From: Octopus sinensis
Taxonomy: Eukaryota
Direction: 5' to 3'
Assembly (NCBI RefSeq): GCF_006345805.1
Contig: NC_043000.1
Span: 61,752,001 to 61,816,000 of the forward strand
Length of the DNA stretch: 64,000 bases
Under the pieces are notes generated by a model. That model was not told where the DNA came from, did no database searches, and saw only the letters and a list, made by a program, of their open reading frames with translations. Of the stretch, positions 46,184 to 60,289 are shown one piece after another. Numbering within the stretch: position 1 is the first letter of the stretch; the number at the start of each line of letters is the position of its first letter. Made by a program: the position numbers and the translations under genes.

Positions 46184-47012
46184 TATATATATGTATGTAT
46201 GTATGTGTATGTATACACATATGTATATATGCAAACATGTATGTATGTATGTATGTATGTATATATGTATGTACGTATGTATGTATACAGACAGAAAGGA
46301 AGCAATGCGTGAAGGTTTTCAGACGATGACTATTTAAGACTAAATATATCGATATTTATATATTACTATACATACATAATGATCTGAAATGTAAAATTTT
46401 TGTACAGTGATGACGTTGGCTTGATTTATACGGTTTTCATTTACTTTCCTTACTGATGGTATATTTTGTTGAACTACAAAAGGTAGAATAGAATATACAT
46501 CTATACATATATATTTTATTTTCGTTCTACTGTTATTTATTTATTTTATTTTTATTTTTATTTTATTCTATTCTACCTTATTTTGCTTTATATTTTTTAT
46601 TCTATTCAAATTAATCAGTTAACCCTCACGTATACACAAAAATTAAATAACTCCATATATTTAGTCTGCTGGTATCAACTAAAAGGTCAACATGCAATCT
46701 TTCAACGTATATATTTTTCCCTGGTGATATTTTCCTCATATCTTATAAATGTAAATTTAAACCATAAATCTATAATTTATTTAATGAGTACAAATCAAAA
46801 GAGCTGTAGGAAGTAAGAATGATCCATTTATCAATAAATAAAGATTAACTTTTAAATTTCAATCCCCTTTTCTCTATTATGGATTGTAAAAAAATTAATT
46901 CAAATGCCTATGTTTAGGAGCGAGGACGTTAAGTTTTTAAACTATATAAAAATCACAATTAAAAATTATAAGTTTGTTACTTTAATATATAAATACATAT
47001 ATATATACATAT

Positions 47013-47120
<108 letters not shown>

Positions 47121-48140
47121 AATACTTACATGCATGTATGTAGTATTCACATTTAGTCTGATTCTCATTCGTTGCTACTCTTAATAATGATAAGGAGAAG
47201 GGTGAGTTTTTACATCCATAATTTTATTTTACGGTTATTTACAGCATCTCTACGGGACCTAGACGTGTTTCCACTTCAGTGAAGGCACACTGTTGGATAT
47301 TCAACCTACTATCATGGTCGGTGCAATTTCATTAGGGTCCCCCTCTACCGTCTCGATGTAAAACTGAAGAAATCAACAAATTAAATGAATAAAGTATTTT
47401 GCAGCAGGTATGGGTGCCACTATTAATAGTTGTAGGAATGATGACCTACGGATCACCTCTACTAAATGTGGTAGGTGAAGCGAAATATTGGCAAGAACAT
47501 GCTCTAAGATGCCTTCATACAAAAACATTTACATTTAACAATTTAGATAAACACATTCCATTTTATATAACAGCAAATCTTAGTAGAATAACAATTGAGA
47601 AACAAAGAACAAAAGATATATCAAATATGATAGAATACCTCTACTCAAAGAATATTCTCTTTGAAATGGGTGAAACTTTTAATTATAATGATAAATCTAC
47701 ATAAATATTCAATCCAAAATTGACCTACTTTAGGATTGTTTCGCTTCAATCAATTTACTTCGAAACAACAGAAGGTAAGGACCGTGATGAAACTGCACTG
47801 AGCATGATTGTAGGTTGCACATTCAACAGTGTGCCGTTGCTGCAATTTAAACACGTTTAGGTTCATTAAAGATGTTGGAAATAACTGTTAAATAAAATTA
47901 TGGATGTGCGAAATCGCACTTCTCTTTATCTATATTAATAGTATTACTTACTCTACTGAAAATATGCAGCCCTGAACATGACACTCGGATTTACCCAACG
48001 AGAAAAGTTACCAGAACCTAGCAACTTATTGTTCACTCGATTATCACAGAAGGACCATTGTGTTTAGGTGGTATTTGAAACCGACTTAAGATGAAACACG
48101 GCAACCGCCAGGTTAATATAAAGCTCAACTCATTTTAGGA

Positions 48141-48172
<32 letters not shown>

Positions 48173-48329
48173 TATATATATTGATAAAAACGGTAAGATA
48201 AGAAAAGAAAGAAAGAGGCCTCGATATTTGTAAATAGAGGAATTTATCTGTAAATGTAATATGTGACAATTATTCGGTAGCCAAGGTTAAACTCCGCGTT
48301 TCGGATCCGAGGTGGAGATTCACTTTAGG

Positions 48330-49110
48330 AAAAATAAATGCAAAAATTAGGGCCGCCACTAGGCTAGTACAATGGTCCAGTAGTATAGGAGTCGTCGACT
48401 GGTCTAAAGCCATTGAAAATAAGAAAAAAGCGAGATTTACACAATTCGATGTTGTCGATTTTTATGCCTCTATCTCTAAAGAACTCCTAGATAAAGCCCT
48501 CAACTTGGCAAGCGATTTCATAGAAATCGGCACACAGGATAAGGATATAAACTTCTATGCTAGAAATACTTTACTGTTCAGCGAGAACGCAGAGTGGGTC
48601 AAGACTACCGGCACAGAGGGTGCTTTCGATGTGAGCATGGGGTCATATGATGAGCAGGCATATGCGATCTTATTGGATTATTTCTACTCGATAAGTTGGG
48701 CAAGACCTTTCCTGACGTATACTTCGCCATCTACAAAGATGATGCCCTCGCTTTAACTGCAAATACCAACGGACCAGCTCAGGATCAATTTAGGAAGGAC
48801 ATTATCCATTTAATGAAAAACCTCGGACTTAGTATAACTACAGACACCAACCTGAGCTTTAGGCACTGGGACAAAATGAAAACGACCAAATTATCCAGTC
48901 ATATATGATCATTAAAAGATAAATGTGTCAGTTACAACATCCATTGGAAAATTTTAGCCAAATGTAAGCCCTACACCAACGGCAGTGGAAAGTGCGGTCT
49001 ATGCGATATGGAAAGACGGCTCATCTGGAAAAGCAGCTTAGACCCCGCTAACATGTCTAAATTCAAGGACAGAACTTTTCGGATCATGTCCATACGTAAC
49101 CACATTTTTG
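48330..49110 (+). mobile_element. Penelope-like retroelement remnant (RT core plus GIY-YIG C-terminus, internally deleted)
   Basis: FTQFDVVDFYASISKELLDKAL, FDVSMGSYD, IYKDDALA, LGLSITTDTNL; then NIHWKILAKCKPYTNGSGKCGLCDME. Confidence 0.88.
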
Positions 49111-49948
49111 TTACATTTTTGGTCCCCCTGAAACTACAGATAAAACTTGCTTTGTATATTGTGTCCACGCACAAGTCTTTTTTATCTCATTATACCTTTT
49201 ATTTATATTTCTTATATATTTTTTATTTTATTTATATAGTTTTATACATATACTTCTTACATATAGAAAATTTGGTTTATAGGTTTATTGCTTATATATA
49301 ATTTACACATAATTTTTTCTGTACTCTACCTTCCACCCTGCATTTTTCCCTGTGCGTATATAGACGTGTATATGGAATCCTTTGTGCACGCGTGTGGATA
49401 TGTGCGTGTTTGCAGGTATGTGTGTATATAGATGTGTGCGTGTGTGCGTGCATGCGAGTACGTGCGTATATAGACGTATTTTACTCAGTGTTTTTTACAC
49501 ATTTTCCTGTATTTTTGCCCTTAGGCCGGGTTTTTTAGACGAATGTATAATCCTTTTGTGCGTGTGTGTGCGTATATAGACGTGTGCAGGTATGTGCGTA
49601 TATGGGCGTGTGTGTGTGCGTGCATAAGAGTATGTGCGTATATAGACGTGGTTTCCTCTTTGTATACTCCCTTATGCCTTTTTTCTGTATTGTTACTCTT
49701 AACCCAGTTTTTCTTGTGCTTGTGTGTATGTAGACGTATGTATGAACTTTTACGGTGCGCGCATGTGTGTGAGTGAGTTTGTATGTATATGCATATACAT
49801 TTGGCGAAGGATGCGAGTGAGGATGTGTACGTTTTTCAAGTGAGGGTGGATGAATGTATGACTGCAACCTCTCTGCAAATATATCCTATTTTCAGTAAAA
49901 TTTATTTACTGATCACCCAAATTAGACTCAGCGAGCAACACTGGATAC

Positions 49949-49994
49949 CCTGGACTGATGACGAACAATAGACTCAGAAACATATGTCTTCAGG
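49949..49994 (+). ncRNA. Type I hammerhead ribozyme HHR-1
   Basis: Stem I CCTGGA/TTCAGG; CTGATGA 49955-61; GAAA 49977-80; palindromic CATATG; GUC triplet (cut after 49988). Stem II is imperfect. Confidence 0.7.
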
Positions 49995-50302
49995 TGCTAG
50001 TCCCAGCTGGCGGGGGTGATTGCCCCCCCCCTTTGCAAATATAAGGACACAGAAAATGTGTCAAAGCCGACAGGAAACGTCGAAGTTTCCTAGGGCTAAA
50101 TGGCGGTGGTGTAATTCCCTTAAGGGACTGTCACATTGAGTTGACAGTACACAACCACTATATCGATCCACCACCGCTCATGTCTCTCTGAGACATTTAG
50201 AAATTCAATATTTCTAATTTCGGTGATCAGTAAATAAATTTTACTGAAAATAGGATATATTTGAAGAGAGGTTGCAGTCATCTCAGCGAGCAAGGCAGAC
50301 AA

Positions 50303-50351
50303 CACTGAACTGATGACGAGCAATAGACTATGAAACATATGTCTTCAGGTG
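50303..50351 (+). ncRNA. Type I hammerhead ribozyme HHR-2
   Basis: Stem I CTGAA/TTCAG (plus CA/TG); CTGATGA 50310-16; GAAA 50332-35; CATATG; GUC (cut after 50343). Stem II is imperfect. Confidence 0.7.
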
Positions 50352-50751
50352 CTAGTCCCAGCTGGCGGGGGCGATTGCCTCCCCTTTGCAAATATAAGGA
50401 CAAGAAAATGTGTCAAAGCCAACAGGAAGCGTCGAAGTTTCCTAGGGCTAAATGGCGGTGGTGTAATTCCCTTACGGGACTCTCACATTGAGTTGACAGT
50501 ACACAACGACTATATCACTCCACGTCCTGAAAACTACTCACAGCCTTGAATTTGTTATTTCATTTTGTCTAATATATATATATATAGCAAGCTAATATAA
50601 TACCCTCTTTAGACTCCTCACTCGTATCACTATCGAACCAAGGCTTTAAATACAGTCTGTCCATGAAACTTACTTAGCGTTACCTGCCACTCTTTGGGTC
50701 TACTAGATACCAATACCTACCTTTCATATATATAATATATACATATATACA

Positions 50752-50787
<36 letters not shown>

Positions 50788-50800
50788 TATTATATATATG

Positions 50801-50857
<57 letters not shown>

Positions 50858-50927
50858 CAAAATGAAATAACAAATTCAAGGCTGTGAATAGTTTTCAGGA
50901 CATTTATAAGTAAAAATATATAGATAT

Positions 50928-50977
50928 AGTCTTACAGGTGTTTCTGGGATATTATGGATATCTCTTCATCAGTGACG
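50928..50977 (-). ncRNA. Hammerhead ribozyme motif HHR-3 (different family, partly decayed)
   Basis: Minus strand: CGTCA-CTGATGA-A-GAGATAT(CCATA)ATATCCC-A-GAAA-CACCTG-TA-AGAC. Stem II 6/7 bp, GUA triplet, weak stem I. Confidence 0.55.
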
Positions 50978-52243
50978 ATGTGAGATGGTGAAATAGATGT
51001 AAATATTTGAGTTCGAAATAAGGAATTATTATAGAAAAGGAGGAGGTATGTAATGTAGAGGGAAATAACAGAATATGAAGTAGAAATAGAAAATAAAATA
51101 TTTAAGGATATTGTAGTTCCAGTTCCTTTATTCGAGGTGTATAGAGATGGTAAAAAAAGTTTCCTGTACACAGTACGTAAGTTCCAATAGTAGTTCATGT
51201 TTATTCATTTCAATATATGGAGCCGTGGATTTTGTGTTGCTCATTCGAAAGGGTCTTGTGGTGTGAATGACAATTTGAGAGTGCATCGGTAGTATTTGTA
51301 AATAGATGGTAGGGAGGAATGTGCATGATTAGAATGAAGAGATAGGTCAAAATGAAAGTAGGGAGACAAAATGAGAGGAAGATAGAGAGAAATCAAAGTA
51401 AAAGAGACAGAAAAAGAGAGAAAAATGAAAGGAGTGAAGAAAGGCTGCAAGAAGTGAGAAAAGGAGTGTTAGTTTGTGGTCAAGGTAATGTGAGGGGAGG
51501 ATGGGAGAGGAGTTGGGATAGGAAGAGATGAGAAGGTAAGGAGTGAATAAGTATGAGATATGTGAGTAGGGGTGGGATGATAGAGGGGCATTAATGGAAT
51601 GGTAGAGAAAAGGTATGGGTGGGGTGATACCAACAGGAGTAGTAGTTTTAGTAGATGGAAGAATATGAGGATATTGAATTTCTATAAATAGACGTATGTA
51701 ATTATATAGGGTACTGTGATAGCTAGGAAACAAGTTATAATGACATACATACACAGACATACATATACATATACGCATATTCATACATATATACACACAA
51801 ACATATACATATACATACGCATATACATACACACACACATATATATATATATATACACACACACACATATATATATATATACATGCATACTCACGCGCAT
51901 CCGTAAATTTATTGATACACATATATACACATATATGCACACGGAAATACATACGTGCCGGCGCACGCACGTGTGCACACAGGTACATACGTATACATAT
52001 ATACACATACACACACTCACTCAAATATATTATATTTGTATATGCATATGCACGTACGTACGTACATATACATACACACACACACTCATATATATATATG
52101 TATACATACATATATATACATATACATACATATACAGACATAGAGAAATATACATGCACACACATTTACACATACACATGCATCCGCTTGCATGTCCATG
52201 TAGATATATATGTATATGTATATATATATATTTTTAAATTTTA

Positions 52244-52295
52244 CTTTATCTAGTTTCAGCTCACGAGCTGTGGCCATGCTGGGGCACCGCCATAT

Positions 52296-52338
<43 letters not shown>

Positions 52339-52544
52339 CACGTGACCGACCAGGCTATCAGATGTTGTTACACATCGCTGGTAACAATGCGCTTCGCATT
52401 GTTTTAGGCTTCGAATGCCGGAGTCTCGTGGAGCTTTAGGTGTTTTTGCTCAATAAACACTCAAAACGCCCGGTCGGGGAATCGAAACCGCGACCCTTCG
52501 ACCGCGAATTCGCTGCCCTAACCACTGGGCCATTGTACCTCCAC

Positions 52545-52607
<63 letters not shown>

Positions 52608-52910
52608 TATATATGTATATATATGATTGATTAACTAGTTAACTAATTATATATATAAAATTAATTAATTAATCGTATTTGTGCATGCATGTATAATTTA
52701 TCAAATAGAAATAGAGAGTGACAGTGACTTACATATTACATCGCTAACGACTCCTCAGTAGTAAAAGTATTTCATGTGTAATATGAAAAATAGGAATTAA
52801 ATGTTGAGCGGAATAACATGAGAAAGGAAATTGCTAGACAAATGTGCATATGAAACCATCATGTTCATGTACACAATTACAATAAGTACGTGTGTATATG
52901 CATATATTTA

Positions 52911-52952
<42 letters not shown>

Positions 52953-53010
52953 TTTTATTTATCTAGTTTCAGCTCACGAGCTGTGGCCATGTTGGGGCAC
53001 CGCCATATAC

Positions 53011-53057
<47 letters not shown>

Positions 53058-53265
53058 CACGTGACCGACCAGGCTATCAGATGTTGTTACACATCGCTGG
53101 TAACAATGCGCTTCGCATTGTTTTAGGCTTCGAATGCCGGAGTCTCGTGGAGCTTTAGGTGGTTTTGCTCAATAAACACTCACAACGCCCGTCGGGGAAT
53201 CGAAACCGCGACCCTTCGACCGCGAATTCGCTGCCCTAACCACTGGGCCATTGTACCTCCACATG

Positions 53266-53296
<31 letters not shown>

Positions 53297-53627
53297 ATAA
53301 TATATATATATATATATATACAGATATATATGTATATATATGATTGATTAACTAGTTAACTAATTATATATATAAAATTAATTAATTAATCGTATTTGTG
53401 CATGCATGTATAATTTATCAAATAGAAATAGAGAGTGACAGTGACTTACATATTACATCGCTAACGACTCCTCAGTAGTAAAAGTATTTCATGTGTAATA
53501 TGAAAAATAGGAATTAAATGTTGAGCGGAATAACATGAGAAAGGAAATTGCTAGACAAATGTGCATATGAAACCATCATGTTCATGTACACAATTACAAT
53601 AAGTACGTGTGTATATGCATATATTTA

Positions 53628-53640
<13 letters not shown>
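52244..53640. repeat. Near-identical tandem duplication (~715-bp unit) containing a minus-strand tRNA-SINE
   Basis: 52244-52920 matches 52957-53640 with only a few substitutions/indels outside the (TA)n tracts. Confidence 0.9.
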
Positions 53641-53691
<51 letters not shown>

Positions 53692-53796
53692 TATACACAC
53701 GCACTTGTAAATGATTGTGCATCTTGACATGTAATTGTGTACGTTTTATGGTATATATAATTGTCCAATATTTAAAAGGTTTTTCAATTCTGATTT

Positions 53797-53837
<41 letters not shown>

Positions 53838-56819
53838 TATATATATATGTAGTTGAAAAATATTGTTATAGATATAAACATACCATAAACAATTATATAA
53901 ACATTTTTATATAATTGTTATCGTATATTTATAGCTATAACGATATTTTCAACTACTATTTTCATACTCCTATTACTTGCTCTGGCTGCTTTTTTTTATG
54001 AATATAATGAATCTTTATTAGAAATCATTCTTTCTCACTTTTTGAACCCCTCAAACTGTTTGAATTGTTCTTTTTTTAACTTACTTTTCCCTATATATGT
54101 ATGTATGTACGTTCGTACGTACGTACATACGTATGTATGTATGTATGTATGTATGTATGTATGTATGTATGTATGTATGTATGTATGTATGTATGTATGT
54201 ATGTATGTATATTTATGAAACCAGGTAACTGCAAACATTTAATAATAGTCGCAAACCAAAGCAAACAAAAATATATATCAACCAAACTATGTGTGAAAAG
54301 GGGCAACATACATAATAAAAATGTAGCTGAGTAAAAAAGCGTCGGTGCATAACACTAATTTAGCAACAAAATCTAGCTTGTGTATTTGTTGGTATGAGTA
54401 AACATACGAATTTAGAAGATCTCGGCCAAAAGTGAGGTATAAGAAGTACAAACCTGTAAGCGTACGCACACTACTCAGGCTCATAAAATAACTATACAAA
54501 TGGTGTGCTAAATTTTAAATAGAAAGTACGTCCGATTATACATTATGTATTAAATAATAGATATGAACGTATTCTAATTTTAATAAAGCCAATTTAAAGG
54601 AAATAACACTACATCTATGTGTGTAGTATGTTTGTTTGTGAGTGCGTGGCGGGGTATAAGTTGTGTGTTCGCATGTGCGTGTATATATATGGACAATATT
54701 ATCATTTTAAGCAGCCAGAAAAAAAATCTACTTTCCTTTTCATTTGACCACTACTCTAGAGATATAATGAGTTGTTTTATTGTACCTATCAAACTATTTA
54801 TAAAGGACCAGCTTTAAACTTACTCTGCATATTTGCTTCTGCAAATCTAATATTTACTAATCTAATACATTCTGTCACTTTAGATTTGTGAACTCTATAT
54901 ATTACATGCCTGATATATTGTCTTGGTAATGTATTTTATGGATAATTGCTGCAGAAATCAGTAAACGTCAATCCGGTATCAAAGAATGGTAATGCTTTTA
55001 TGGGTAATTAGTAGGGAACAAATTGTCTTACTACAAAATCAGCAATGAGAAACGTTTTAAATATTGGACAATTATATTTACCATAAAAGCAAGCTAAATG
55101 GAAAACAGAGTTTTAGGCTTGCAAGACAGTCGGTATAGCATGATATTCTGTTTAACACCATAAATTTCATCCAGCGAAGTAGCTCTGACGTAATGAGCAA
55201 CCAAGAAAACCGGAAACTAGTTGCTAGACTTGCTAGAAACAGCAACTGGATCTCCTCATCTCAAACTACTATCTTGAAAACAGAAAGAATACATTACTGG
55301 TATAGATACATTGTCTGAGAAAATTTCGCTTGGCCATGGCTGGGTTGTTTTTGATTCTAGATGTAATTAATCAGAGCTGGCCTACAGTTGAAGTACAGTA
55401 TAAACTCTATTGAAAATATTCCGATGAGATATTCTTTTCTCTACTACGTACGCGGTTTTAGAGCAGACATTATACTAAAGGCATTAATTCTGGGTATTAA
55501 TAAAATTACCGCCATCATTTTGTGAGAGAGATCCTGTACACAAACTGGTTGTTACTTCTACTTCTCTGACATACTTTTTTTTCAAGCATACTTGTTTCAT
55601 GAGAGACAGGGCGCTTATCACCGAATGATAATATTACAACAGACCGGAATTCAATAATCGATCAGACCCATTACCATACATCTTATTGTCTCATGTTGGT
55701 ATTTAAATACGGAAATTTGAAACCAGAACTTGGTACATTACAGAATTTCAAAGTTTGTAAGAGAATGCTATATAAATTACAGCACAGTAGCAGGTTTTAG
55801 TATAACTTTAATTTAAAGAATTACGTAGGTAGACTTAGAATTTATTCAATTTTTGCCATTTTCCCTTACCACAAAACTAAGCCAACGTGATTCTAATAAA
55901 TACACATTTCTCTTTATTACTGACTTTTTTCCCAAGCAAACTTTAATTATGTAGACCTATCTTAAGTGTATGTATAAATCAGTATCATAATTTACAAAGC
56001 AGATGAGAAACGAATTTGAAATATTTTATCGCTATCAAGTCATTTCTGATTTACCTTTATGTAATGACTAGCAATGCATCCCAGCTTTGCCCGACTGTTA
56101 TGAACTACAGGCACATTGTATTATATGTTCTTTTCTTATGGGCAGAATCGGCACCACTGATATATAGTTATGGCATAATGGAAGTTATTGCTTGTTTAAA
56201 AGTGAAGGATTTGCATGAAAGTGCTTTCTGTTCTTAAGAACGATCACAAACTATGTATGGTTTCATCGTCTAAAAGTGGGTTAATACGATTTTGTCCAGA
56301 AATTCCGTTTTCAAAATTTTAATTCCCATCCCCCATCCTCACCACAATTTCTTAATTTGTAACGCTTTCGAATTTTTTTTTGGGGGGGGGGGCGGGATAC
56401 ATAGATTACGAATCTGGAAAATACATATTTTTTATAGTTTATTTTTTCTTAAAGAAACACGCAATGCCCCTTCTCCCACCTCGTCCACCCATCACCTGCT
56501 CGCTTTCACTTTTGTCTGTTGCTTCCCGCATCCGTTCAATTCTACTGAAATAGCAAACTTAAAAAATATCAGCCCACCACCAGAAAACCCCGATATGCCA
56601 GAAACAACAGATAAGTGACATTTCTGAAGAAACTTTCCCGCTTTCCAAGAAGCTAAAAGTGAAACATTGGAAGAGTGTAGCTTTTTGGGGTGACGGGTAA
56701 ATTTTTTAAAGATTCGTACTCTCTTTTTTTCTCAGTAAATTACCAACAAAAAATATTTGAAAAAGGTAAAAAATGAATTTGGTGTGGAGAGAGGGAAAAC
56801 CAAAATATTGAGAACGTGT

Positions 56820-56916
<97 letters not shown>

Positions 56917-57704
56917 AAGAGAGAGAGAAATAAATAGTGATGTTCATTAATTTGATAAATTTCTGTGCCACAGGGTGAAAGGAAATATAACCTTTTGCGC
57001 CTGACACTCTGTCAGAATAAGAAAGTGTTAACTGATTTGAATTCTTCGACTCTCAGTTAAATATTGAGTCCCAAGCCACCATAAACCTCCTCCCTGTGAC
57101 ATGCAAACTGATACAAAATCAAAACTTTACTGTAATATTTTACTGACACAACCACCACCAATTTTCTCAGATTGTATTTTTAGATTGTACATTCTATTGT
57201 TTTTTTATCAGAATTTTGAGCCTAGTCTTTATCTTTAAATTCATTAAAATTAGTCGTGTAGATCGTAAAACATATCTTTTACATATAGGCTCCTAATAAT
57301 AAACCTTCTCCAAATTATAAGCTATAAAATAATATTTGCAGATGGTGTATTTTTGATAAACATTTAATGCCAATTTTATTTGATTATCTTACATAAACGT
57401 TCTCGATAAAGTTTTCTTCTGATTTAACAGTCAATGTCATTTTGACTGATATTTTCTCATTAGTGGAGTACAACATTTTTATTATCGATTTATTTCTGAA
57501 ATGTTAATACACACGATGATTTCTGAAGTATACCATATTGTTCGTTTCTAAATTCGTTTTATTGATATCGCTTCACAACATGTTTCTTTCAATTAGGAAA
57601 TATTTAAAAATATATATTTGTTCATTTACTACTATCAATAGCTCAGTCGCACAAACCGCGCCATATACTAACGTGTAAATGTATGAAAAATATTTCTATA
57701 CGTA

Positions 57705-57888
57705 TAAATATTGGTTTTAATTTTTGGCACAAGGCCAGCAATTTCGGAGTGGGGGTGGTTAATCGATTATCCAACCCATGCTCAACTGGTACTTATTTTA
57801 TCGATCTCGGGGGAATCTTAACACGGAACATAATAAAACTCAAAGAAATGCCTGGCGTGCTAACGATTCTGCCAGCTTGCCGCCTTTA
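57705..57888 (-). mobile_element. SINE family A copy with internal deletion
   Basis: TTTTGGCACAAGGCCAGCAATTT, AACTGGTACTTATTTTATCGA and GCTAACGATTCTGCCAGCT. Confidence 0.75.
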
Positions 57889-58493
57889 TACATATATATG
57901 TTAAATACATATATACAAAATGCTGCAAGGTTTAGGATGTAAAATGTATTGAAACGTCAGATGTTTTTAAAATTGTTTCTCAGGTAAATAGGACATTTCT
58001 ACTTTTCTTTCAAGGGTTCGTTCAGAATACCAATGAAGAAAGCAGAACCAATAATTTTTATTGGTTATGGAAATATGTCATTCCATTTCTGAAGACTGCG
58101 AACTTGGAAGGTAATTTTATGCTTCGAGTTTTCAGAATATATAATTGTAGGCTATTGCTGAAGGAAATTCGTTGGTATAAAGATTATGTATATTATTTAA
58201 CATTTCGAAAAAGTTGCATATCTTTCTTGTGAGAGGAATAAGTATTACTAGAGAGAAGAAACGTAGAGAAAAAAAGTATTCGATAAAATAAAAAGAGTGC
58301 TTGTTATGAGGAAAATAACAGGACACACAATATTAATGATATAGGGATAAGCCAACGAGTCTATATTTAATGAACAAACACGTTACCCGTCTCTGAATGC
58401 AGTCAAAGATATAATTTACCGAAAGTGATTCGCTAATCAGTTTAGGGAGATAGTATATCCGTGGAGATTTCTTTTTTTCTTTTTTTTCGATAT

Positions 58494-58549
<56 letters not shown>

Positions 58550-59442
58550 CATATATATATATATACATATTAGATGCAAAATTATCGACACCTTTTGATT
58601 AGGCGCTCGGCCAATTTCTGTGATAATTGTTATTGTCAATTGGATCAATTCTAGAATATAATTGTTAGTCCTCTTATCAACATGGGATAAAATTAACTTT
58701 GGCAGGATTTCAAGGCGGAACCCACAAGAAGGACACAAAACAACATATAGTATTTAGTCCCAAGTATTACTGCCTGTTACATGTTCGTTGGCTTTTTTCA
58801 TCACATATATACGCTTACGTGAATACAAAAAGCTTTCAGGAGCTGTGTAAAAGTTTAATGGAAATAGTGGTTTGTTAAACAGATATGACCAAGTCTAAAT
58901 ACATCGGAGTAAGCACTGTCAGAGACACTGCCTGCCTTGTACAAATACAATTGAATATTGCTGATTGTGTTTTGCCATTTCATTCTACATATTGAATTCT
59001 TCTCTATTGTCTTTGAGAAATTACCAGTTAATAAGTTCTGCTTGACAGAATTCGCATACATTTTAGTTCCTGTAAATACTATGAAAAGCTGATTTATTTT
59101 TGTATATACTTGTGAGCGTGTGTGTGAGAGAGTATGTGTGTATCTATATGCGCGCGTGTGTGTGTGTGTGTGTGTGTAAAATGATAATTATACAAGTGTG
59201 TGTGCTCATCCATGTAGTTATATGCTACTTCCGTTTTCCCTGTTGTTTTCTAGGTTGTATGGTATCGGAGAATCATGTCAATTTTACAATGTTTCTCGAG
59301 CATAGGTTTTATGGTCGAATAGCTTTAGTAATGCTGTAATACTAATTAATCAGCTGTGAATTGTAAACAATTTTCATGATTATATTGTGGTGCATATACA
59401 TAATATGTGTATGCTATGTATGTATCTCTCTCTTTCTATGTG

Positions 59443-59486
<44 letters not shown>

Positions 59487-59500
59487 ATATATATATGTAT

Positions 59501-59557
<57 letters not shown>

Positions 59558-60289
59558 TATATATATATGTAAGTATGTATGCATCTGTGTATAATGAGAA
59601 TGGCACACTTACCCAGTTTAAAAATAGAAACGTTGCTTGAATGTGTTTTACTCCATAATTATGCGTGGAACTGTATTTTGGGATTCGATATTTTATATCA
59701 TAAAACGCTTTGATTCATTACAAATATAAGTGGATATTCGATTCTCTTTATGCATATAACAGTCCGGCTACATTTTGCCTGGTTATGTATTTTCCACTCT
59801 TCTGCTCTTTATTTATGTTGGTGTGTTCTCTCTTTCGCAACAGAAACGTTTATTCACATATGAAATTAAGTATTTTGCAGCTAACACAATCATCATATTA
59901 AGTACATTTAAATAGTTAAAATTATATCAGCTTTATATCAAGTCTGTTATCAATATGAGCGTCTATTATATAAATGCCTTCGTCCAATGTCTCTGCCGTA
60001 TAATGACGTTCATTATTGGTGGTGCTGTAGTGTCCCTCCATCCGATTAGCATATCATGTTTATAAAGGACTAAAAGCATAGTAAACATTTTATTGACTGT
60101 GATACTCAACCATTCACTGTTGCAACTGTACTGTAATCAACGCTCACTCATCAAATAAAGTGTAAAGCAATTGAAAAGCATCTTATAAATTGTAGAGATG
60201 ATATTTCTTGTAGGAGAATGTATTTTGTAGGAATGATATTTCTTGTAGGTGAATATCTGTTGAAGGTGAAACTCTTCCAATGGCAAAAT

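Larger units (their letters stand above)
40200..46900 (+). pseudogene. TLR relic P7 (LRR-CT, LRR-NT, LRRs, LRR-CT, TIR); may be the continuation of P6
   Basis: INKLEMNHNPL (40232), HCICIEAM (40435); ORF 43559-43993 with C-rich start, RPEDSTSF, SENVFNA and SIIFNHSRISEL; YRNIKCTDRHYKG (~44365); TIR-like ORF 46583-46816 (VCWYQLKGQH..SLVIF..IIYLMST). Confidence 0.45.
47399..59080 (+). pseudogene. TLR relic P8 (signal peptide, LRRs, TIR), split by large insertions
   Basis: ORF 47399-47704 (WVPLLIVVGMMTYG..MIEYLYSKNIL), ELNVERNNMR (~52795 and duplicate), CVFVGMSKHTNLEDL (54379), LKALILGINKITAI (55475), PELGTLQNFKV (~55723), PFLKTANLEGNFM (58083), FEKVAYLSCERNK (~58203), TIR-like HGIKLTL/WQDFKAE..NNI (58681-58748). 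Confidence 0.5.

Noticed and set aside
48285-48325. 3' half of a hammerhead (GAAACGCGGAGTT) on the minus strand
   Set aside because: Truncated; the 5' core is missing.
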